From: a virus
Taxonomy: Duplodnaviria; Caudoviricetes
Length of the DNA: 57,403 nt
Direction: 5' to 3' (one strand)
IMG/VR virus record: IMGVR_UViG_3300046170_000265
Span: 1-57,403 of that record
The position numbers were made by a program, and so were the translations under genes. The notes beneath the pieces are model-generated. The model had not been told where the DNA came from and did not search any database. It was given only the letters and a program-made list of their open reading frames with translations. Positions 27,639 to 35,248 of the stretch are shown in pieces. How positions within the stretch are numbered: the stretch's first letter is position 1; every line of letters begins with the position of its first letter.

Positions 27639-30518
27639 TCATGTCATGAAGTAGTCGCTTTCGCGAACCTTCGTAATGTCCAGATCGCCTTTGGCCGGTA
27701 CTTCTGGCCATTTCACTATCCGGAGTTTCAAGGCATCCAGTTCAGCATTAAGACCCTCGAGCAACCCTTCATCCTCTTCATGTTCAATTAGTTCTTGAAG
27801 GTTGTGAATTTGCTCCTTGATCTCGAGGCTGTCTGGATCTGGGTGTCTTGCTTTGCACTGCTCGAGAAGGTCGCTGTATAGACAATATCCGTCATACATC
27901 TCGACCATTGCGTCTCTGGCAGCATCCCGCATCACCTCAGCATTACCACAGGTAGTGGCATAGCTGTCGTGAACGACCATAAGATCAGTAACCCCATGAT
28001 CAGCGCAGCGTAAGGCAGTTAACATCAACAATGTGCTATCCATCGAATGGATTATGTTGGGACTTACTGCACTGACGCTTTTATTAGGATCAATGCCGGG
28101 CATTGTTTTGGTGTAGCTCATCAAGCCCCGAGATTTGATAGCCTCGATATCATGGCTGTAAAGAAACACCCGACGCCTTGCCGACTTATTGTTCCGATAG
28201 TATTGATGCACCGGAAAGTTGAGTTTTGGCGTTTTGAAAGTGAGATGTAGATCGGCGTCAACCATGATCTTGGCGCAAGCTTGGAAAAATTCCATGCCAT
28301 CTTTGGCTGACTTGATCACACTTTCGATTGCGTCTTGACTGATACCAGCTAAGTAATGAGATGCCTGGTAACCGCCATCTTCAGGGAATGGATGCTTCTC
28401 ACGTTCACCAGCGCGAACCTCAAGATCCATTTCGTCCATCCAGTCTTTTTTGAACTGCTGGGCGAAGCCATACTTGCGGCTCGAATAAGCCCAAACCATG
28501 GCCGGTCTCTTGATGACACTCCGGTTTAGGTACTTTTTGCCTTTTGGATTTTCATCAGTCGGCTCGACCTCATAGGACAACAGTACTCTTGCAATGTCGA
28601 TTTCTTGATCACGCTTCAATCTTCTGTGTGAAGCAGTCTTTTTATAATCACGCTTTGCCTTGCGTTTCCTTTTCTCGAGAGCGTCCATTTCATCTAGATC
28701 GTCAGCTTTTTCAGCCATGATCCTTTGATATGCTTTGTGCGCTTCCCGATCATTGTCATTCGCAGGGTCAAGCTCTTGATTTGCAAGTTTCTCAGCCTTG
28801 TCAGCTTCGATCATTTCTTCTGCAACCACGAGACAAGCCTTGTACAGGTCGTTAGGCTTATCTTCTGAGCCTTTGACCAGGTTAACTAGCAATCCGTCAT
28901 CTTCGTTCAAGCTAGCAGCAGCGTAATGCTGGATGCCGGATTGAGTTGCATCGACGGCAACAGGTAAACCAGACCAATGGTCCTTGCCTTCTTGCTGGGC
29001 AACCATGTATTCAGCCAAGTCACGGCAAGCAGCTAAGAACTGGAATGGATCGTCAGCCTTGCTCCAGAAATCAAATGACGCCTTGTAATCGATGCCGACG
29101 TTGACCACTTCTTCAAGGTTTTCTTCCACCCATTTGATCCGAGTGTCGTAGCTCTCTTTATCCAAGCCATAGGTGTTTGAAACCTGCAGAAGGATCCATG
29201 CTGAATTTTCCTCTGTTACCTTCGTCTTGTTGGCAAATAGAAACATTGCCCTCAAGAAATCTGTATTGTGGTGGCCAAAATCGCTGACGTGATAGACACG
29301 CCCTCGCCGGTCCCAATTGTGTGGCATCCAGAACTGATCATATTGAGCAAGCTTCCTAGCTTCATTCAATGTACGGCGGATCTTTGACCGGTTGGCCCGA
29401 GCTTGCCTGTTGACGGCTTTGCATCGAGTTAGATTTCGCATATGAGCGATTTGATCATCTTTATCGAGGTCATCGTAGTTCACGCCTTCGTCGAGCTTTG
29501 GAACCTCAACAGTTTTGGTGTTTGGAAACTTTTTGACCAAACGGCCCTTGCCCGTCTTGCGGACCCAATCGACAGCATCGACCACAAAGTCATTAACGGT
29601 GTAAGGCACCTGTTGCAGGAGGTTTAAAGCCTCAACAGCCTTGTCTAAGCTGCCATCTCGCAATCCTGCATCAAGATCCTTACGCTGCTCTGGGCCAGCG
29701 TGTTTGACCATTGGCGTCATGATTGCCAGGCGAGGTGTTATGTATGGACCGATTTGATCCAAACCCCATGGTCTTGGCATTACATTCATTGGTGCAAGGT
29801 ATGGCGACATACGGTCAAGATCAGCAAACTTTTCTTCGATCTCAGCTTCTACCTCGGGACGCAGGATCATGAATTTTTCTGGGAAGTCTTTCGTCTCATC
29901 CGCTAGATCTTTGTGCGTCATGAACACGTCTTTACAAGCAGCTTCGACCACTGACAGTAAAAATGAGCCGACAGTCTGTTCTAAACCGCCATCATCATCT
30001 TCCCACTTCTCGAAGGTAAAGCCTCTTTTGGCTGCCTGACGCAGGACGTAATCTTGACGTTTTTCAACCTTGTCACTTTGCAACGTGGCGTTTTGTGCCA
30101 GCCGCTTTGCTAGGCGGTCACCAGCACGATTTGCTTGAAGTCTGTGTTCAAAATCCAGACACTTGATCGCCTGGCCGACCCTGTTTGCCAGCGTATTGTA
30201 AGTCCATTCTTTCTCATGGCCATCAAGACACTGCATGAAAGCGACATAAGCGACATCAATCTGTGGTAGTTCCGCAAGTGGCTCAAGCCATTTGGCGTTT
30301 TGACCGCGGTTAGCACGGGTTTGCTCAGACTGGCTTACAATCTCATCCATGATGGGCTGAATGTATTGTTCGATTAGTTTGACAGATACAACACTGGCAG
30401 ACATATCAAGGCTCTGGCGGCGGTCTCTAGAGCGAGCTTCGCCCCGATCAACTATGTTGACCTGCTCATGCTCCAAAGCATCTTTTCTGGTCCTGGGTGT
30501 ATTGTCGTTTGCTACCAT
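27639..30518 (-). CDS. Single-subunit T7-like RNA polymerase (959 aa)
   Basis: DRRGRVY, PFQFLA, motif A DATQSGIQHY, motif B RSVIKRPAMVWAY, PNIIHSMDS, motif C VHDSY. Confidence 0.96.
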   Translation of the reverse strand: MVANDNTPRTRKDALEHEQVNIVDRGEARSRDRRQSLDMSASVVSVKLIEQYIQPIMDEIVSQSEQTRANRGQNAKWLEPLAELPQIDVAYVAFMQCLDGHEKEWTYNTLANRVGQAIKCLDFEHRLQANRAGDRLAKRLAQNATLQSDKVEKRQDYVLRQAAKRGFTFEKWEDDDGGLEQTVGSFLLSVVEAACKDVFMTHKDLADETKDFPEKFMILRPEVEAEIEEKFADLDRMSPYLAPMNVMPRPWGLDQIGPYITPRLAIMTPMVKHAGPEQRKDLDAGLRDGSLDKAVEALNLLQQVPYTVNDFVVDAVDWVRKTGKGRLVKKFPNTKTVEVPKLDEGVNYDDLDKDDQIAHMRNLTRCKAVNRQARANRSKIRRTLNEARKLAQYDQFWMPHNWDRRGRVYHVSDFGHHNTDFLRAMFLFANKTKVTEENSAWILLQVSNTYGLDKESYDTRIKWVEENLEEVVNVGIDYKASFDFWSKADDPFQFLAACRDLAEYMVAQQEGKDHWSGLPVAVDATQSGIQHYAAASLNEDDGLLVNLVKGSEDKPNDLYKACLVVAEEMIEADKAEKLANQELDPANDNDREAHKAYQRIMAEKADDLDEMDALEKRKRKAKRDYKKTASHRRLKRDQEIDIARVLLSYEVEPTDENPKGKKYLNRSVIKRPAMVWAYSSRKYGFAQQFKKDWMDEMDLEVRAGEREKHPFPEDGGYQASHYLAGISQDAIESVIKSAKDGMEFFQACAKIMVDADLHLTFKTPKLNFPVHQYYRNNKSARRRVFLYSHDIEAIKSRGLMSYTKTMPGIDPNKSVSAVSPNIIHSMDSTLLMLTALRCADHGVTDLMVVHDSYATTCGNAEVMRDAARDAMVEMYDGYCLYSDLLEQCKARHPDPDSLEIKEQIHNLQELIEHEEDEGLLEGLNAELDALKLRIVKWPEVPAKGDLDITKVRESDYFMT

Positions 30519-30552
30519 TAAACTCTCCTATTGTGACTAAAGTACTAAAGAT

Positions 30553-30577
30553 ATAGGGGGGTGAATACCCCCCATAG
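30553..30577 (-). terminator. GC-rich hairpin just upstream of the RNAP gene (terminator or attenuator)
   Basis: GGGGGGT-GAAT-ACCCCCC stem with only a weak U tract. Confidence 0.45.
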
Positions 30578-30585
30578 ACACAAGC

Positions 30586-30768
30586 CTAAGCAGCTTGGGT
30601 CTTGTTGTTGTCGTTAGCTGCATTAGCCAACAGGTCGCTAAGGTTTACCCGAGGTGTCTGGTGCTTCCATGGTGTTACTCCGGTTAGCACCTGATGCATC
30701 ATTTCTTCAGCATCTTGGTTGTAGTTTTGGACCTGGGTACCTTTGTTGTTGTCATTTAACATCATCAT
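30586..30768 (-). CDS. Small early protein ending in ssrA-tag-like AANDNNKTQAA
   Basis: AGGAG RBS; lies downstream of the phage promoter at 30811-30828. Confidence 0.7.
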   Translation of the reverse strand: MMMLNDNNKGTQVQNYNQDAEEMMHQVLTGVTPWKHQTPRVNLSDLLANAANDNNKTQAA

Positions 30769-30810
30769 TCTCCTACCTTGGTTGAACTAAAGACCGGAAC
30801 TGGCCGTATA

Positions 30811-30828
30811 AAGGTGAAACCAATTAAT
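30811..30828 (-). promoter_or_regulatory. Putative phage RNAP promoter upstream of the RNAP gene
   Basis: ATTAATTGGTTTCACCTT followed by TATA. Confidence 0.8.
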
Positions 30829-30863
30829 TCACTAAGGAAATCAATGGCTTCACCTTCTGGTCT

Positions 30864-31202
30864 TTAGGCTGCTTTTGACCAGCCTGTCAGGACCGTGTGG
30901 GGCAAGGTCGTCGTATGAGATGCTCGCCAATCGAAATTCAGATGATCCATCCGAGCGAATTGACGTCTGGCATGGATGTTTAACAATGGCTCGACGTCTG
31001 GGAACCGCTGAACCTGAAGAGCCATCCAGGCGCATAGCAACGCAACGCCGTCAAACTCCATGCGTTCGAATACGGCATCGCCTTCGCCAAAGCGGATGAA
31101 GACGGCATATTCGATTTCGTCCTGTGTGAACGAAAATTCATAGGGCCCATCGACACCAAGGTGATGAGTTACAAAATCGATAAATGTTTTTTCGGTTTTC
31201 AT
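30864..31202 (-). CDS. Hypothetical early protein (112 aa, ends KAA)
   Basis: AAAGGAG RBS; downstream of the promoter at 31246-31263. Confidence 0.7.
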   Translation of the reverse strand: MKTEKTFIDFVTHHLGVDGPYEFSFTQDEIEYAVFIRFGEGDAVFERMEFDGVALLCAWMALQVQRFPDVEPLLNIHARRQFARMDHLNFDWRASHTTTLPHTVLTGWSKAA

Positions 31203-31245
31203 AGTAAATGCTCCTTTTCACCAGAACCCGGGATGGGTTCGTATA

Positions 31246-31263
31246 TAGGTGAAACCAATTAAT
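31246..31263 (-). promoter_or_regulatory. Putative phage RNAP promoter at the head of the early region
   Basis: ATTAATTGGTTTCACCTA followed by TATA and a GAACCC/GGGTTC hairpin. Confidence 0.8.
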
Positions 31264-31420
31264 CTGCTGATGTGGATGTCCTGTGCCGGACAGCAGCGCA
31301 CTAGTGTGTGCGACTTCTTTGGATCGACGCGGTCGTGCCTTGTCGATGGAGCGTTAAATGTTCAATGACGGAGCATCGAGCATTTGCCCAAACTAGAACA
31401 AAAGCAGAACGCCGTCTACC

Positions 31421-31452
31421 AAAAAAAGGGCCACCGAGGTCATCGGCAGCCC
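31421..31452 (-). terminator. Intrinsic terminator after the integrase gene
   Basis: GGGCTGCCGA/TCGGTGGCCC stem with G-U pairs, followed by T7 on the minus strand. Confidence 0.75.
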
Positions 31453-31474
31453 ATCAGATTGGTTTGCTTGGATA

Positions 31475-32446
31475 TTATATTGACAGTGCGGACACAGCCC
31501 CTGCCCGTGCAGATGCGTCGCCATGATAGTACTTCTTTGTCGTAGCGACGCTGGAATGACCCAGCTGCTCAGCCACTGTCAATGAGTTGACCTTGGCCCG
31601 TGCCATATTGGTTGCAGCATAATGCCTTGTAGCGTGAAACTTGAACCAGGTGTCGTTGCCATGGCCCATAAAGTCCTTCACATCGTTCCAGCGGTCATAA
31701 AAGCGTCTGTGGGTGAACTCACGGCCAATGTTAGCCCGAAGCCACTGAGCGGCTTCCCATGCGCCATCAGCGACCAGGCTTACCCAGCGACCTTTGCTGG
31801 TCTTTGTAACTTGTGCCGGAAGCCAAACTTCCTTGGCATCATCGTTCCATTCAATAATGTCTAACGGTAACGCTACGATTTCGCCCTGCCTCATACCTGT
31901 AAGACAACCCAGCTTAATCATGTATGACACCCACTGGTCGCCATTGCGATCATGCAGCTCGATCATCTGACGTACCTGGTCTTTGGTGAAGGCACGGGTA
32001 TTTGGCTCAGCTTGCTTTAACAAGCCTACCCTTGGACGATCAGTCATGATCTGCAGTTCCTCGACTGCGAACCGGAAGCAAGCTGATACAGCAGACAGAT
32101 GCCGGTTGATTGTCGAATCAGTCATATCTGTATGTTGCTGGAGATAATTGCGATATGCGATACAGTCAGCAGCCGTGATCTGGTTCATCGGCTTCATGCC
32201 GTAGTCTTTGAAATCTGCGAATCGGGACACCTGCATCATACAGTCACGACGGTGCTTGAAGGCTCCCCACATATCACGCTGGTGCTTGTGAGCGAACATA
32301 AGGATATTAGAGCGGCTGCAGTCGAATTTGGTGTCGTCAATAGCAGCTGGAGCTGGCTCAGGGCGACTGTCGATTACATTGTTGGTACTGATGATTTCAT
32401 CTGAAGTGGGGTTAGAAAAGTCATCGAAAAGGTTAAATTGGTCCAT
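31475..32446 (-). CDS. int: Tyrosine integrase
   Basis: Catalytic residues TGMRQGE, TKTSK, FHATRH, LGHS and TKKYY; adjacent to the att site. Confidence 0.95.
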   Translation of the reverse strand: MDQFNLFDDFSNPTSDEIISTNNVIDSRPEPAPAAIDDTKFDCSRSNILMFAHKHQRDMWGAFKHRRDCMMQVSRFADFKDYGMKPMNQITAADCIAYRNYLQQHTDMTDSTINRHLSAVSACFRFAVEELQIMTDRPRVGLLKQAEPNTRAFTKDQVRQMIELHDRNGDQWVSYMIKLGCLTGMRQGEIVALPLDIIEWNDDAKEVWLPAQVTKTSKGRWVSLVADGAWEAAQWLRANIGREFTHRRFYDRWNDVKDFMGHGNDTWFKFHATRHYAATNMARAKVNSLTVAEQLGHSSVATTKKYYHGDASARAGAVSALSI

Positions 32447-32523
32447 CTTACGGTCTCCTTAGAGTTACATAAGATGAAACGGGGGGTGTGTCGCTTGACT
32501 ACCGCCGATTTCTAGCAGTCATT

Positions 32524-32575
32524 CAAGCGACTGTTAATCGCTTGGCCGGCGGTTCGAATCCGTCCCGGGGAGCCA
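32524..32575 (+). pseudogene. 3' half of tRNA-Asn(GTT), att core region
   Basis: Anticodon arm AGCGA-CTGTTAA-TCGCT, T arm GGCGG-TTCGAAT-CCGTC, acceptor strand CCGGGGA-G-CCA; no D arm or 5' acceptor strand upstream. Confidence 0.9.
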
Positions 32576-32587
32576 ACTCTCTAAGTT

Positions 32588-32600
32588 TATCAACAACTTA
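32588..32600 (+). promoter_or_regulatory. IHF binding site next to att
   Basis: TATCAACAACTTA matches the consensus WATCAANNNNTTR exactly. Confidence 0.65.
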
Positions 32601-32764
32601 GATGACATATCCCAAAACTTTAAATTCTTGCCTTTGGTAAAGCGATTGTTGCCCTCAACCTTCGCTTGTCCCCTTATATATAAGCTTTTCCTAGCTTAAT
32701 TACAACTGCTGGGAAACCGGTTCTGCTGGGATACTGTTGGTACATCAGGGGTTCTGCAAAGCCG

Positions 32765-32830
32765 TGTATGTCGCTTGACTGAGGAAAGCGATTGCCAGTC
32801 GCTTGGCCTAAAAGGGTAAAGCGACATACA
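32765..32830. repeat. Nested inverted repeats containing an att-core-like site
   Basis: TGTATGTCGCTT (32765-76) and AAGCGACATACA (32819-30) enclose AAGCGA-TTGCCAG-TCGCTT (32786-32804). Confidence 0.8.
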
Positions 32831-32854
32831 AAAAGGGCTATTTTTCACGTTTTC

Positions 32855-32883
32855 TTGTCTCGTAAAGATACTTTGGTTAGACT
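32855..32883 (+). promoter_or_regulatory. Putative sigma70 promoter of the 774-aa gene
   Basis: TTGTCT-17 nt-TAGACT, 36 nt before the ATG. Confidence 0.5.
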
Positions 32884-32919
32884 TTTGAATAACGCGATAA
32901 AGACACCAAAAGAGCTGCC

Positions 32920-35244
32920 ATGAAAATCCCACAACAAATGACTAAGCGACAAAAAGACAGGCTTACGGTTCTGAATTCAAAAGGCATCACCGCTCTTCAA
33001 ATAGCCAAAATACTTGAGCTTCCTTTAGTGTTGGTTGAGGAAGAAATTGAAACGCGAAAGCAAAATCTTTTGAAGAAAAGATGGACGAAAGACCAGTCAA
33101 ATGAAGCGTTAGACTTATATGTCAAAAACGTGTCTCTAACTGAAATTGCAAACCTAACTGGTAAAACTAGAGTGCAGATAGCAAGGCACTTCAGAGATAT
33201 TAGGGATGACTGGGTTAACGAAGGCACAAAATACAACTATTTGAATGTTGATTTGAGAGTGAAATTAGCAGCTAAAATTGAACGAAGGGAAAACACTGAC
33301 AAGCGGCCAATAAGAATGGCTAGAGCGAGGCTCCCTGACAAAATACGGAGCAAGCAGCTAGCTGGTCTCGCAGAAACACTCGCTTATAAAGAAAATGTGC
33401 TGCTTGATGAATGGTGGCAGTTTGGCGTCCTAAACAGCGTTGAGGATGACCGCCTTAGCCTGACTGCAATCTCGAAGGACAACAACAGGGTTACATTAAT
33501 CAAGAAGTACACGCCGAACTGGAAAGAAGTTCTGCTGAAACTGAAAGGCTTGATGGGTGAATTTGTTTCTGTCCGTGTAATTCAAAATTACTTACCAGTT
33601 GTTAATGCCGGAGCAGGAACTAAGAAAGATGTTGTCTACGAACCACGGATGGTTGACGTAACGGCATCTGAAGGCATCATGAGCCTCGCAAAGTCCTTCC
33701 CAAGTGACACCCGAAACCAGTCTTTCATTGGAAGGTATAAGTGGTTGCGCTTTGGCGAGTTTGAAGCCAAGTCAACCAGCGAACACATTCTCATTGGAAA
33801 TGTTGATGGTCGGGTCATGGCTTTCCGAAAGGGCAGCATCAACAGCGTTCTAGAGCAACGTCTCACGGACACTTTAGATATGGCTGAAGGTCAATCTATC
33901 TTGGTTTGTGTAGACCAAAAAAATCCAAAGCCTGACGGTGTTTTAAGCGTGTTTGTTGACGCACACATCGAAGAGGAAGGCATTGAGACTTACAACGAAG
34001 ACTACAATACAATTGTAGAAACGATTGCTCGCACAAAGGATGAAGCTGCTGAGGCTAACTTGACAGTGCAAAAAAAGCACAAAGAGATACAACAGCAGCT
34101 ACTAGAGAAAGAAGTGCAACATACAAAACAGATTACAGAACTGAAGTTTGAGTTCGAGCGTGAAACACAAGAAGTACAAGCACAGATAAAGGAACAAACA
34201 GGTGCTTTTAGACGCTTAGAAGCAGAATTACAAAGAGAGCTGCTAGATTACAATGAACAAGAGAGGTTTCTGCGCGACACAAAAGAAGGGCTTCAACAGT
34301 ACAAGGTAGGTGTTCTAGCAGCGGCTGCAGACCAAACAGGGTCGGGCAGCACTTTTCAAATGAAAGGGCTGAAGGTAATACAAGGCGAAGAGGCTCAGTG
34401 GCATGATTTCAATGAGGCAATCAAGGCATTTGAGGGGAGTGGAGGTGAAGAAGCACAAGAGCTTTACAAAGAAATCCAAGACCTAAAAAGGGAAGTGTTA
34501 AAAGCACATAAGAATGCAGCTGCTACTTCAAATACCTCTGAAGAAGAGGAAGGGTTTGAGCCACCAGAACCAGATTACATCCTCAACCCTGAAGCAGACC
34601 TCTCGCTTTTTGATGAAAAGCAACCAGACCCGGACAGCCCAATGATGGCAATGATGCGAGAGATGATGGCAGAAGTGCAGAGTTTAAAAAGCTCGCAACA
34701 AAGTTTTATTGAAGCATCAGCAATGACAGAGTTTGAAGTTCAAGAGTTACGTGACTATTCCCGTGCAGAAGACGAAGAGTTGAGTACAGACAACGCAAAA
34801 ACAGAAGCTGAACACAAAGACATACTGGAGAATGTGAGAGAGTTTGTCGGAAAGCCACCAAGGCAACTAAAAGTGTACGTTGGTCACGCTCGGAATACAC
34901 TATGTCTTCGCGCCGGTATCGACCTTACAAGGGAAAAACCTGACAACAGGATTGATGTTCAGTTTACCAAACACATTGGTAAATCAACGTTTCTGGTTCA
35001 CTTCCCCAAATACAATCATGACGCAATGCTATCCATTGTTCGAGACTCGAAAGACAAAAACGATTTTGCAGTAAAATCATGCCTTCATCTTGATGGTGAA
35101 AGGTGGAAAGAAATTGAACAGGAAGTCACAGGACAAGGTGGTAAGCGTCTGACAGGCAAAAAGCCCAAACAGTGGTTAGCATATCGCAAACAGATAATTG
35201 CAAAGCTAGAAGCACCTAAAGCGAAAAAAAAGGCCAGAGGATAA
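32920..35244 (+). CDS. Uncharacterised 774-aa accessory protein: tandem HTH, duplicated domain, coiled coil, C-terminal domain
   Basis: Only long plus-strand ORF in the window, AT-rich, between att and the endolysin. Confidence 0.85.
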   Translation: MKIPQQMTKRQKDRLTVLNSKGITALQIAKILELPLVLVEEEIETRKQNLLKKRWTKDQSNEALDLYVKNVSLTEIANLTGKTRVQIARHFRDIRDDWVNEGTKYNYLNVDLRVKLAAKIERRENTDKRPIRMARARLPDKIRSKQLAGLAETLAYKENVLLDEWWQFGVLNSVEDDRLSLTAISKDNNRVTLIKKYTPNWKEVLLKLKGLMGEFVSVRVIQNYLPVVNAGAGTKKDVVYEPRMVDVTASEGIMSLAKSFPSDTRNQSFIGRYKWLRFGEFEAKSTSEHILIGNVDGRVMAFRKGSINSVLEQRLTDTLDMAEGQSILVCVDQKNPKPDGVLSVFVDAHIEEEGIETYNEDYNTIVETIARTKDEAAEANLTVQKKHKEIQQQLLEKEVQHTKQITELKFEFERETQEVQAQIKEQTGAFRRLEAELQRELLDYNEQERFLRDTKEGLQQYKVGVLAAAADQTGSGSTFQMKGLKVIQGEEAQWHDFNEAIKAFEGSGGEEAQELYKEIQDLKREVLKAHKNAAATSNTSEEEEGFEPPEPDYILNPEADLSLFDEKQPDPDSPMMAMMREMMAEVQSLKSSQQSFIEASAMTEFEVQELRDYSRAEDEELSTDNAKTEAEHKDILENVREFVGKPPRQLKVYVGHARNTLCLRAGIDLTREKPDNRIDVQFTKHIGKSTFLVHFPKYNHDAMLSIVRDSKDKNDFAVKSCLHLDGERWKEIEQEVTGQGGKRLTGKKPKQWLAYRKQIIAKLEAPKAKKKARG

Positions 35245-35248
35245 ACCT

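Larger units (their letters stand above)
1..32575 (-). mobile_element. Phage/prophage A (truncated at window start): integrase, T7-like replication module, podoviral morphogenesis genes
   Basis: Contiguous co-oriented phage genes from capsid to integrase, ending at a tRNA-Asn 3' fragment. Confidence 0.85.

Noticed and set aside
30586-30660. A tmRNA gene, suggested by the tag-like reading frame
   Set aside because: No tRNA-like domain or acceptor ends are visible, and the tag is the in-frame end of an ORF with its own RBS.
32500-32575. Intact phage-encoded tRNA-Asn
   Set aside because: No D arm and no 5' TCCCCGG acceptor strand upstream of the anticodon arm; it is an att-associated fragment.
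32786-32804. tRNA-Gly(GCC) remnant as a second integration target
   Set aside because: Only a 7-nt loop in a stem identical to the Asn arm is present, with no T arm or acceptor; it is better explained as an integrase core-type repeat.
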